Translations under genes and position numbers: made by a program
Notes under the pieces: model-generated
Told to the model about the DNA's origin: nothing
Database searches by the model: none
Seen by the model: the letters and a program-made list of their open reading frames with translations, nothing else
NCBI GenBank assembly: GCA_964604315.1
Contig: CAZRYK010000003.1
Location: forward strand, 4,105 to 41,964
Source: an uncultured Gammaproteobacteria bacterium
Lineage (GTDB): Bacteria > Patescibacteriota > Patescibacteriia > JACPL01 > CAZRYK01
DNA length: 37,860 nt
Reading direction: 5' to 3'
Shown: piece by piece, positions 1 to 9,239 of the stretch
How positions within the stretch are numbered: position 1 is the stretch's first letter
Layout of the letters: every line of letters begins with the position of its first letter

Positions 1-94
1 AAACCAAATTATTTGTGATAGCCGTCAACTATCTTATAAGCCAGAGTAGGCATAGCCGAACAGCGAAATCCATTTAAACAACTAACCATTTCCT

Positions 95-520
95 ATGGCT
101 AAAAATAAATCAAAACTAGCAGTCATAAAAACCCAACCCACCGCGGCGAGCGTGAAGGATTTTCTCAACAAGGTGAAGGACGAACAAAAACGCAAAGACA
201 GTTTTGTGATTTTGGAAATGATGAAAAAAGCAACTGGGGAAGAGCCAAAAATGTGGGGCAGCGCAATCATCGGTTTTGGTAATGTGCGCTACATAAGCCC
301 AGCCACGGGAAGAGAAGTAGATTGGATGCGGATCGGGTTCTCTCCGCGCAAAGCAAGCCTATCGCTGTATCTGACTATGGATATAAAGAAGCATGCTACG
401 ACTTTGAAAAAACTTGGCAAACACAAGACCGGCGTGGGTTGCCTCTACATTAATAAGCTCGAGGATATTGATATAGAAATTCTGAAACGAATGATCGATG
501 CCTCGTTAAAGAGAAAGTAA
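95..520 (+). CDS. DUF1801 (YdhG-like) domain protein
   Basis: 141-aa ORF; motifs EEPKMWGSAIIGFG, GFSPRK and LGKHKTGVGCLYINKLEDID are typical of this family. Confidence 0.85.
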   Translation: MAKNKSKLAVIKTQPTAASVKDFLNKVKDEQKRKDSFVILEMMKKATGEEPKMWGSAIIGFGNVRYISPATGREVDWMRIGFSPRKASLSLYLTMDIKKHATTLKKLGKHKTGVGCLYINKLEDIDIEILKRMIDASLKRK

Positions 521-552
521 CAAAAATCAAGCCAGAACAGAAATCTTCGAAC

Positions 553-912
553 TTAACTTGGCCGGTAAACGATTTCAACATTGTTGCCGTCGGGGTCGTG
601 AACAAAGGCAATGTATTGATCTTCGCGATGCGGCCGTGGCCCGGGCGCGCCATTGTCTGTACCGCCGTTTTTTAATCCGGTTTGATAAAAACGATCAACG
701 GTATCCTTATCTTTTGCGCGGAACGCCACATGGACCCCCTGACTTAAAAAATCTTCCTTACGCAACCATACCCCAGCGTCCCCCGGCCCCTTAAAACCCA
801 TTTTGTTTTCCGCTTCTCTTGCAACGGCATACCCCAAAACTTCAAGAATCGCAGTATAAAACTGCTTACTACGTTGAAAATCGCTGACTCTAAAAGAAAC
901 ATGATCGATCAT
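553..912 (-). CDS. VOC family protein (glyoxalase/bleomycin-resistance fold)
   Basis: MIDHVSFRVSD, HVAFRA and AFVHDPDGNNVE metal-binding motifs. Confidence 0.9.
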   Translation of the reverse strand: MIDHVSFRVSDFQRSKQFYTAILEVLGYAVAREAENKMGFKGPGDAGVWLRKEDFLSQGVHVAFRAKDKDTVDRFYQTGLKNGGTDNGAPGPRPHREDQYIAFVHDPDGNNVEIVYRPS

Positions 913-1013
913 GTTTTTATTTTACCACACCTGTCAAGAGTTGTATTTTCCTCAAACTTTGCCATCAAGAAACCGGCTAGATTCTTATTTAACCTTAGCG
1001 AAAATACATTCCC

Positions 1014-1076
1014 TTTACATCACTAGTATAATATAGTATACTAGTAGATAATCCTTCTTGTATACCATAATATACA
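1014..1076 (+). promoter_or_regulatory. sigma70-like promoter with two GTATA-N6-TATAC inverted repeats (putative operator)
   Basis: TTTACA(1014-1019)-17 nt-TATACT(1037-1042); inverted repeats ACTAGTATA/TATACTAGT at 1022-1045 and TGTATA/TATACA at 1059-1076. Confidence 0.45.
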
Positions 1077-1077
1077 T

Positions 1078-2499
1078 ATGAACCAAGAACTCATACAATA
1101 CCTCCAACAACAAATCCGAACAACAGATGAACGACTTAAACGGTTTACGCATAACCCGCTAGGAAAAAAATATCCTAAACGGTTTATGTTCGTAAAAATA
1201 AAAAAGTACATCAATGACTTTCTGAACAAAAAAACCGTCAATACAATAGTGATTATCCCTGGGTTTCGCGGCGTCGGCAAAACTACATTAATGGCTCAAG
1301 TATGTGCCGAGTATAAAGAGAACATACGCCATGTATTATTTTTATCCATTGAGGATGCAAAAAACCTATTTGATGTTGGTATTGCTGAATTAATGTCTGC
1401 GTATGAAGAGATCCTCGGCAATGATTTGGAAAAAATAAAAGAACCGGTCATTATTTTTCTGGATGAAATTCAAAGTGATCCGAAGTGGGCCGTGACGTTA
1501 AAATCTCTCTTTGAAAAAACATCACATGTCTTTTTCTGCTGCAGTGGATCTTCTGCTGTTATTTTACAGACAACAACGAACCTTGCTCGTCGCGCTGTTT
1601 TTGAAAAAATGCCGCCTTTGTGCTTTACGGAATATGAAATGATTAAGAACACCATTTATCCACCGGGTTTAAAAGAAAAGATACGACAGGCAATATATTT
1701 TTCCAAAGATGCTCATGACGTTTATCAACAATTATTGAAACTGCAAAGCGACGTTCACCAATACTGGACAAAGGCCAGCAGAAAAGATATTAAGGAATAC
1801 CTTTCATACGGAACGCTCCCCTTCGCGCTCACCACGCCCAACCAAACGGCTGTGTACGACTCGATTTCATTACTCCTTGATAAAATCATTAAACTGGATT
1901 TGCCAACACTAGGAAATTTTGATCCAGATACCCTTGGAGCTGTAAAGCGCATCCTTTTTGCGATTGCGGAAAATGACACAACGAGTCTCAACACCCTTGA
2001 AAAAAAACTTGGGATCAGTCGTCTGACGATTGCCAACATCTTTGATGCTCTTGAAAAAGCCGAACTACTCATTAAAATTCCTGCGTATGGATCAAATATG
2101 ACGGCCGCAAAAAAACCGAATAAGTATCTTTTTATGTCACCTGCTATTCGCATGTCCTTTTTTTACTTCACAGGACAAGAAAGTACCTATCTCATGCGAC
2201 AAGGAAAACTCCTCGAGGATTCTATTGGATCCCATCTCTATCGAGAGCTAATCTTACGCAATAACGGCGCTATTCGCTACGACAGCGCAGAAGGCGGAGC
2301 AGATTTTATTATACAGATTCTTAACCGCAAGCAAATTATTATTGAGGTAGGCATGGGCGAAAAGGACAAAAAACAGATCTTGAACAGCTTAAAAAGAATA
2401 ACATCGGATTATAACGTCATTTTTTCCGCGTCAGAATTAGCTTTCGACAGCAACTTTCACATTGTATCTATCCCCCTGGATTACTATTTCTTAATCTAG
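1078..2499 (+). CDS. AAA_14/DUF4143-type ATP-binding protein (P-loop ATPase, wHTH, degenerate PD-(D/E)xK C-terminus)
   Basis: Walker A GFRGVGKT, Walker B IFLDEIQ, CSGSS, HTH-like SLNTLEKKLGISRLTIANIFDALEKA, C-terminal ADFI...IIEVG. Confidence 0.85.
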   Translation: MNQELIQYLQQQIRTTDERLKRFTHNPLGKKYPKRFMFVKIKKYINDFLNKKTVNTIVIIPGFRGVGKTTLMAQVCAEYKENIRHVLFLSIEDAKNLFDVGIAELMSAYEEILGNDLEKIKEPVIIFLDEIQSDPKWAVTLKSLFEKTSHVFFCCSGSSAVILQTTTNLARRAVFEKMPPLCFTEYEMIKNTIYPPGLKEKIRQAIYFSKDAHDVYQQLLKLQSDVHQYWTKASRKDIKEYLSYGTLPFALTTPNQTAVYDSISLLLDKIIKLDLPTLGNFDPDTLGAVKRILFAIAENDTTSLNTLEKKLGISRLTIANIFDALEKAELLIKIPAYGSNMTAAKKPNKYLFMSPAIRMSFFYFTGQESTYLMRQGKLLEDSIGSHLYRELILRNNGAIRYDSAEGGADFIIQILNRKQIIIEVGMGEKDKKQILNSLKRITSDYNVIFSASELAFDSNFHIVSIPLDYYFLI

Positions 2500-2528
2500 G
2501 AAATTAAAACCTCAATCAAAAGAGATAA

Positions 2529-2765
2529 ATGCATTCTATGGATATTTTCAAAATCATCGGCGCGGTGGGGCTTTTGCTCATCTCGCTTGGGATCGTCACA
2601 AAAAAAAGAAAAACGCAAGATCTTTTTTACATATTGGGAGGGCTTTGTTTAGAGGCCTACAGCATTTATCTTGGCGATGTCATTTTTATTATTCTCCAAA
2701 TCATCTTTACCCTCTCGGCCATTTACGATTTTATTAAAGTCCGCCGCAAGAAAACCAATGAGTAG
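2529..2765 (+). CDS. Small membrane protein (about 3 hydrophobic helices)
   Basis: 78-aa ORF, hydrophobic segments, basic C-terminus. Confidence 0.65.
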   Translation: MHSMDIFKIIGAVGLLLISLGIVTKKRKTQDLFYILGGLCLEAYSIYLGDVIFIILQIIFTLSAIYDFIKVRRKKTNE

Positions 2766-2784
2766 CTACCCGCGTAGACAATTG

Positions 2785-3147
2785 ATGAAAAAGGGGGTTA
2801 TTATTGTATTGATTGTTTGCGTCCTGACAATTTTAGGATTTCTTTTGATGAGAAGCAAGCCAAGTGATAGCACCATTACGAGAATCCATTCAAGGATATT
2901 CACAACGTCTTTTGAATCGCTCGAGGATTTTTACGTTGCCCCGCAAGATGATAAAGGCACGTCGCATGAATTATGGAACGGATACGCCAAAGTCTGGCAA
3001 GATCGGCAACTGGTTTCACATGCTCAAGTGCAAGGCGCAAACGGTCTGCTTGCCCAAGCCCATTTTGGTCTGTATGCCGCCCCGTCTATTAGCAACTTAA
3101 CGGTTTATAACGACGATCTCACTATTCGAGAGATTGATACAAAATAA
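2785..3147 (+). CDS. Membrane-anchored/secreted hypothetical protein, possibly an internally deleted polysaccharide-lyase-like beta-sandwich
   Basis: Likely ATG 2785 (MKKGVIIVLIVCVLTILGFLL signal anchor); C-terminal VWQD...HFGLY...VYNDDL. Confidence 0.55.
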   Translation: MKKGVIIVLIVCVLTILGFLLMRSKPSDSTITRIHSRIFTTSFESLEDFYVAPQDDKGTSHELWNGYAKVWQDRQLVSHAQVQGANGLLAQAHFGLYAAPSISNLTVYNDDLTIREIDTK

Positions 3148-3188
3148 AAGAAAAGCGACGTAAAATGGACAAATATTGAAATTAATGG

Positions 3189-3218
3189 TATGCCCCCTTG
3201 GGCAAGCCGCGGGGTATA
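3189..3218. repeat. REP/IS200-605-end-like imperfect palindrome
   Basis: TATGCCCC-CTTGGGCAAGCCGC-GGGGTATA with inner GGC-AA-GCC; no transposase nearby. Confidence 0.35.
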
Positions 3219-3239
3219 ATCGCTTAATTAATCTTTAAT

Positions 3240-3587
3240 TTGAAAACTATGAGAATCTTTCATCTTGCAGATTTACCTGAGATTGGTGTAAGTCATAACC
3301 CAGACATCAAGAAAAAAATCATTTTGGGGAAAGGATTCGTCCCCCATCTTATGACATTTGCACAAGCAACTTTTAAACCCGGACAAAAAGTAGATACCCA
3401 TGTACACGAAACCATGACCGAAGTTTTTTATATTCAAAACGGCCGCGCAGAATTTATTGTCGAGGGAACCTCTTTTGAAGTAACAGCGGGCGACACGGTC
3501 GTTATCGAAGCTGGCGAAAAACATTCTCAAAACAATCCTTTTTCCCAAGCCGTTACCTGGTTATATTTTGGTATTGCCGTTGATTAA
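3240..3587 (+). CDS. Cupin domain protein
   Basis: HVHETMTEVFYIQNGRAEF and GDTVVIEAGEKHSQNN cupin motifs. Confidence 0.88.
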   Translation: MKTMRIFHLADLPEIGVSHNPDIKKKIILGKGFVPHLMTFAQATFKPGQKVDTHVHETMTEVFYIQNGRAEFIVEGTSFEVTAGDTVVIEAGEKHSQNNPFSQAVTWLYFGIAVD

Positions 3588-3594
3588 TCGCCCC

Positions 3595-3984
3595 TTAAAG
3601 TACAAAATCCATAACAACCCCGGCAATAAGAGCAAGGGCCGACAAGGCGAAGATAAAAATGTAGTTCCACTTTTCTTTCGACGATTGCAAGGTATGAAAA
3701 ATATACGCCATCGCGGCTTTGTCGTCTTTAGAAAGCCCTTTTATAGCTGCCACTTTTTCTTCTAATCCCCGCTCCTGAATAATCCGGCCGCGTTTTTCAG
3801 AAATGTCGTACCGATGAATAAAATACACCACAAAACCGATAGTCCCAATGTACCACGCCACTTGCACCCACACCGGATCATAAGCATTCAACACAATAAT
3901 AATCCGGTACGCAAGCGTGGCAATAATCCCGGACCAAAAATAAAATAATCGCGTGGCGTGCGAATGGGCTTTGAGATTTTCCAT
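3595..3984 (-). CDS. Hypothetical membrane protein
   Basis: 129-aa ORF with about 3 predicted TM segments. Confidence 0.7.
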   Translation of the reverse strand: MENLKAHSHATRLFYFWSGIIATLAYRIIIVLNAYDPVWVQVAWYIGTIGFVVYFIHRYDISEKRGRIIQERGLEEKVAAIKGLSKDDKAAMAYIFHTLQSSKEKWNYIFIFALSALALIAGVVMDFVL

Positions 3985-4116
3985 ACATAAAGAACGTTAA
4001 CGATGAATAACGATATCATACTACATTACCATTACCATTAATAGACCGCCGTTTGCTTTGAAACGATTTTATGTTAAAGTACAGACATGCGTATTGTCAC
4101 TTAAACGTTTTTTTGT

Positions 4117-5484
4117 ATGATCGGCGAAAGACCCCAACCACAACCAGTAGATTTGGCAGTGCCTTCCGAACCCTCCAATATCACCAACCCGGAACCCCAT
4201 ACTCAAGAGAGCGCGACCCCCGCCCCTGAACAGCGCGACAAACGATGGATGGAATATATGGAAGCGCGCCACCAAAGCGCAAAACAAGGCGTACAAATCG
4301 AAAAAATCTTAAGCGAAGAATCCCCCTCGCAACTGGGTTCGGCCCGAGCGCATCATGATGAATATACCCGCGGGAAAGCGCGACGGACATTGGAATATGT
4401 TTTGAGCAAAATGTCGGACGACAAATACCAAGCGCACCACAAAGATTTGGAGGAAACCATTGAACGCTATCTTCTCAATCGGGATCGCGCGCGCATTGCG
4501 GAATTTCAGTGGCAAGAACAGCTGTCTGCCGAAGGGACAAGCAACGACCCCCAAAGCATGGGCGATAAAATATTTTATATTCGTCTTCAACGTCGACCCA
4601 AGGGTGTCGTGGAAGCATCACGCAAAGAGGCGTATTTTGTCTTAACATTTGAGAACGATCAAGACTATTTGGATTTCCTCGGGAATCCTGATTTGAACGC
4701 AAGCGGCGGCACTTTCCATCGGGCCATGCAATTGCAACATTTAGATGTAGACGTTGTGTGCATTCGCGGGAAGCAGGATCATTGGAGGGTTTTGAATCAT
4801 GAGCGCCAACATTTTATCAACGACACGATTTTTAATAAATTTGTCGGCATTGACGATTCTAACGTCCCGCCAAACAAAGATTACCCAGTTCTTACTCGCA
4901 ACTACCGATCCCGCACAGACATTATTGGAGATTTACAGACGGTGAAAGATGAGATGCTGGCTCGCATCCGAGAAGCCGGTAACGCATTGCATTGCACATC
5001 GTTTTTTAACAAACCGCTGTATGCGCATTTAAAAGAAAAATTTCAACCCAATGAGCTCCCGGAAATCGATCGGCTTTTTGACAGCATCAACTTCGAATTA
5101 GTTCATTTATTCAGCAACCAATTAATAGACAACGCGCATTTGCGGGCGCTTCTGGTGTACCATATGGTAGATGTTCCGCTCCTACGGTTCCCTGAACGGC
5201 TTCGGGCTTTGCGGGATTTTTATGAAGCCAAATTTGCCCCGATCATTCAAACCCTTCCGTCGTTTGAAGATCGTTACCAAAAACAGCGTAAACCATTGAT
5301 GCAAGCACAAAATACCGATCACGCCGTGTTGATCCGACATGCCGCATCGAGCATCGGAAGAATTCTGGGAAACGTCGCTCTAAGCCCAACCGAAGAACGT
5401 TTGAAAATCCGCGAGGCTAGAACGATGTTGATTGCCGAACGTAGCACCTACGACCGCCTCCACCCTCCCCCCGCAACGCAATAA
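4117..5484 (+). CDS. Hypothetical protein with HExxH motif (possible zincin-like metallopeptidase)
   Basis: 455-aa ORF; P/E/Q-rich N-terminus; VLNHERQH at 4798-4812 (HERQH). Confidence 0.7.
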   Translation: MIGERPQPQPVDLAVPSEPSNITNPEPHTQESATPAPEQRDKRWMEYMEARHQSAKQGVQIEKILSEESPSQLGSARAHHDEYTRGKARRTLEYVLSKMSDDKYQAHHKDLEETIERYLLNRDRARIAEFQWQEQLSAEGTSNDPQSMGDKIFYIRLQRRPKGVVEASRKEAYFVLTFENDQDYLDFLGNPDLNASGGTFHRAMQLQHLDVDVVCIRGKQDHWRVLNHERQHFINDTIFNKFVGIDDSNVPPNKDYPVLTRNYRSRTDIIGDLQTVKDEMLARIREAGNALHCTSFFNKPLYAHLKEKFQPNELPEIDRLFDSINFELVHLFSNQLIDNAHLRALLVYHMVDVPLLRFPERLRALRDFYEAKFAPIIQTLPSFEDRYQKQRKPLMQAQNTDHAVLIRHAASSIGRILGNVALSPTEERLKIREARTMLIAERSTYDRLHPPPATQ

Positions 5485-5569
5485 TGTCCGAAGCTCGGTT
5501 TTGAATAACGGTTCTCTTCATTATAAATCGCTTTCGTGGTATAGTAGTATATTGTAGTTAACATTTTTT

Positions 5570-8500
5570 ATGTTCAGATTTATGAGGCCATCAAACAAAG
5601 TGATTATCGGCGCGAAAAGTGACGTCTCACTTAAAATCTCAAAGGTTCTTTTAACGTTAACTGCAATTTTTTCCATTTCGGCCGTTGCTTTGGCATTGTA
5701 TAGCTCAACACGGGTATCTCCAGAAAAAAGTTTTGAACAACAGCTATCGGCAAATTACCTCTTACCTCCAGCGCGCGAAGGCCGAAGTGTGTTTGGCGGA
5801 TGGAAAGCTATCGCTGTAAACCCCACCTACCGTTTCCGCGTGGGTAAAGTGCAAGGCCGCGACACCTTTATTGACCCTCTTGGCTACCCCATGTACGCTC
5901 GCGCGGTTTTGAACGTTTCGTGGGACAACTTAACCGAGGAAGCGCGGCAATCATATTTCAATAATGAGGAATTACCCTGGGCACAAAGTAGTGCTTTAGA
6001 AGTCTACAAATGGGGGTTTAATGCTATTGGCTATATTGACCCGACAGATGAAGTGCTTTTAGACCCGTCTGTTACCAAAGTCTCGTATTTTGGACTTTTC
6101 GATAACTTAAACGAATGGGGCGGCAACATACCCAACCCTTGGGACCCCACATGGGTAGCCGAGACCGACAAACGTGCGCAAGAATATACCGCCGCAATAA
6201 AGGACGATCCGTTCCACATTGCCGCGGTCACGGTTTTTGAGCCGCCGGTCGATTTTCTTTCGGCCGATGCAAGTTCGATTCACCCGAACAGCGGATGGTT
6301 TCACACTATGATGGCGGCGCAAGCTGGGTCACCTGCCAAAGTCGCATACGAGGAATCGATGAAAAAGCAGTATGATTCTGTGGAAGAATACAATCAAACC
6401 TATGGCACGGACTACACGGATTTTAGTGCATTGCGCAATACCGACACGGGGGTCTTTAAACGATTTGAAAATATTGATACGGACGAAGAACGAAAATTGG
6501 TTCCCCAAGTGGTGGAAGATGTCAACGTCTACCTTGCAGATATTATCGGCGAATACCAACGCGTCATTTACCAGGCCTTAAAAAAATACGATGCCAAGAT
6601 TGTGGTAGGCGGCCCGGCATTATCAGGCGAAAGTGCGTATAGTCCCGAGATTTTACAAGCCATCGGGGCAAACGCGGATTTTCTTGGCGTGAACTCCTCC
6701 AGCGACGAGGGTTTTGATGAAGCGTATATTCTGAAACTTGCCGAAGAAGCAGGGTTACCCGTATTACAGACGCGTTTCACGGTGGCGCAAGAACCATGCA
6801 CCGTGGATGTACTTGGCCGCACGTTCCCCAGCGTGCCAGAACAAGAAAACCGCGCCGAAGCGTATTTTGATACCGTGAATGAAGCACTTGCTCACCCGAA
6901 CGTGCTTGGCAACAACTGGGGCGAATGGATCGACCCGGATGTTTCGGCGAACCCCGATGCGCCGTGCGAGTACGCCAACACCGGTCTTTTTGCACGCACC
7001 GGCCAGCGCTACAAAAAACTTTTTGATCGCGGAACTGAACTCTGGGCCGAAAAACTCTTTGAAGAAATGCTATGGGGTCGCGAGTCACAAACTGAATACA
7101 CTTCTCCCTACAAGCGGCCGACTCCAACCATTCCTGGCATTCCTCCTCAAGTTCCAGCACCGCGCGACTTTTACCCCAATCACCCCGTTGATGCCCCGGG
7201 AAAAGACATCACACGAAAAGACGAACTGGAATTCCCACAAACCGAGGCGATCATCTTTTACGGAACGGACGAATCCGAGCAGTGTATTGATACGCTCGCA
7301 TCATTTGATTATCTGCGATTCGGCCTCATTGCTTCATCTGCAAAACAAGGAGACGGCGGCGTCAACCTCGGCAACCGATCGGGTGTAGGCAACTGGGCAG
7401 GTACGCGATACAACCTCAATGAGCTAAGCGCCTCCCAAAAACTTATTCTCGATGCCAAAGCGCTCAATCCTAACCTCAATGTGTACTCTCATGCAGGACT
7501 TCGTGGCGTAGAAACCGACTGGGCAGATTATGGTGAAACCCATCCGCGTCGCTGGTTCATTGATGCGTTAAGTCCTCGCTGGTTCGCATACACTCCCCTT
7601 GTCCAACTTCAACAATCTGTCGATAACAAGTCAACCGCCTTTGAATTCAAAGCCGAAGATATCGAGAACATGCGTCGTTTAGGTGCGAAGAGCGCCGAAG
7701 AATTGGGTTTAAGCCCAACCCGCTGGATCAAGGAAGCGGAAAGCCTGTACACATACTTTCAGGGGTTTGATAACGATCAAGGATCTGGTAGCGGCACAAC
7801 CGAAATCATGGCCATCGGCAAAATTGAATTAAACGGCGATCGTGGAATCATTCATACCCTCACTCGCGGTCGGACAATAAGCGGGGGCGAAAGCGATGAA
7901 GGTGGAGGAATAAACGTTCAAACCCGCACAGTCTGGGGCAAACCGGATACCAACATGTATTCAGCTGGCGCGCGATTTGGACTTCTCTCAAACGTGGATA
8001 AGGCCTCATATGGCACCAACAACATTAGAATGAACATTGTGTGCGCCAATCCTGAAAACACATCGACATTCTGCCAAGAAGTGAACGCTGGCGGTTCGTG
8101 GACAGAGCATGTTATCGGCTATGTACGCGATATTCTCATTCGTTCATATGCTGGAGATGTGTATCTCAATAATGGAATTACTTTTGACGCCGATGAAAAT
8201 CGAACTTGGAGGGCGTACAGTTCAAAATTCACCGGCACTGAACAAAAAGATCAACAGCTTGATATGGACGGCGATGGCGTTGCCGATTCGGTTGGCATAC
8301 TTAGCGCCTCGCTTTTTGGAGCGTACGATGCCGCCGCAACACGTATTTCTGAAGAAGCCAAACGTCAAGGCCGCTATGATTTCTTCGCCGTCATGAACGG
8401 CGCACTTGCAACCGAACGTGAAAACGAGCAGGTTGTCTACGGAGAATGGAACATCGCCGGACGCGAATGGGAGCAATTCTTTAACAATTTCACGGATAGA

Positions 8501-9058
8501 GGAACTCAAGACGCGATTGACCAATATCGACGCCTGTATACTGGATTGGTAGATCGCGATCATCCGCTTGCGCTTCTTACCTCTCGAGATCGGGCAAATA
8601 TTGAAAATGAAGGTAAGATCAATCTCAAAGATTTTCGATCGGTCGCCGCGATTGGACTGATCTTTGGCAATGGCGCTATTGGGGTGACTGGAGATTATGC
8701 ATCGAACCTTGAAGCGTGCGGAAGCGAAGATGTACCCGACACATGGATGGATTATTTCTCGGTTGACTCGGAAGGATACGCATCTACGCATGCAAACTAC
8801 AGTGGAGACACGCGTCTTGAGAACCGCCATTGGCTGGGCAAAGCGCTTGGCGACGGCGAACAAATCGCCGGCCTTAATAACACATTCAAACGCGAATTTG
8901 AAAAGGGCGTTGCGTACTATTCTGTTCCCGGCGGAACGATTCAACTTGATAGCTCCATGAACAAAGTCTGCGGCACCGACCCGGTGAACGATTGTTCAAA
9001 AAATATTACATCGATAACCTTAGAACCCGGCGAAGGCATTGTCCTCCTCCGGCCATAG
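5570..9058 (+). CDS. Membrane-anchored multi-domain glycoside hydrolase-like protein (GH50/agarase-like clan GH-A barrel, Pro linker, second GHL15-like barrel)
   Basis: N-terminal TM; FRVGKVQGRDTFIDPLG, KWGFNAIG, KKQYDSVEEYNQTYGT, PNVLGNNWGEWID, EYANTGL; Pro-rich linker; C-terminal FKREFEKG...TLEPGEGIVLL. Confidence 0.72.
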   Translation: MFRFMRPSNKVIIGAKSDVSLKISKVLLTLTAIFSISAVALALYSSTRVSPEKSFEQQLSANYLLPPAREGRSVFGGWKAIAVNPTYRFRVGKVQGRDTFIDPLGYPMYARAVLNVSWDNLTEEARQSYFNNEELPWAQSSALEVYKWGFNAIGYIDPTDEVLLDPSVTKVSYFGLFDNLNEWGGNIPNPWDPTWVAETDKRAQEYTAAIKDDPFHIAAVTVFEPPVDFLSADASSIHPNSGWFHTMMAAQAGSPAKVAYEESMKKQYDSVEEYNQTYGTDYTDFSALRNTDTGVFKRFENIDTDEERKLVPQVVEDVNVYLADIIGEYQRVIYQALKKYDAKIVVGGPALSGESAYSPEILQAIGANADFLGVNSSSDEGFDEAYILKLAEEAGLPVLQTRFTVAQEPCTVDVLGRTFPSVPEQENRAEAYFDTVNEALAHPNVLGNNWGEWIDPDVSANPDAPCEYANTGLFARTGQRYKKLFDRGTELWAEKLFEEMLWGRESQTEYTSPYKRPTPTIPGIPPQVPAPRDFYPNHPVDAPGKDITRKDELEFPQTEAIIFYGTDESEQCIDTLASFDYLRFGLIASSAKQGDGGVNLGNRSGVGNWAGTRYNLNELSASQKLILDAKALNPNLNVYSHAGLRGVETDWADYGETHPRRWFIDALSPRWFAYTPLVQLQQSVDNKSTAFEFKAEDIENMRRLGAKSAEELGLSPTRWIKEAESLYTYFQGFDNDQGSGSGTTEIMAIGKIELNGDRGIIHTLTRGRTISGGESDEGGGINVQTRTVWGKPDTNMYSAGARFGLLSNVDKASYGTNNIRMNIVCANPENTSTFCQEVNAGGSWTEHVIGYVRDILIRSYAGDVYLNNGITFDADENRTWRAYSSKFTGTEQKDQQLDMDGDGVADSVGILSASLFGAYDAAATRISEEAKRQGRYDFFAVMNGALATERENEQVVYGEWNIAGREWEQFFNNFTDRGTQDAIDQYRRLYTGLVDRDHPLALLTSRDRANIENEGKINLKDFRSVAAIGLIFGNGAIGVTGDYASNLEACGSEDVPDTWMDYFSVDSEGYASTHANYSGDTRLENRHWLGKALGDGEQIAGLNNTFKREFEKGVAYYSVPGGTIQLDSSMNKVCGTDPVNDCSKNITSITLEPGEGIVLLRP

Positions 9059-9239
9059 GGACCTCTGCAAAAAATTCTTTCATTCGCAAACCAAGCGCGT
9101 ACTTCCCCAGTGCGCGTTTTGGTGATGAATAAGAAAATCTTTAACCGATGGATTGGACAAAAAAATGGGTTTGTGTTATGATGTGCAACGACCCAATCCC
9201 GCATGGGAGATGGGGTTTTCAATTACTAAAGACTTTTTT

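Noticed and set aside
8222-8944. 240-aa antisense ORF inside the GH gene; also 36796-37386 inside groEL and similar shadows
   Set aside because: Antisense shadows of well-supported genes with no recognisable motifs.
9153-9239. Longest-ORF N-terminal extensions of typA (similarly rpoD, dnaG, proB, ileS, DUF1428)
   Set aside because: Family homology begins at downstream starts (9240, 14551, 16366, 20629, 32228, 22067).
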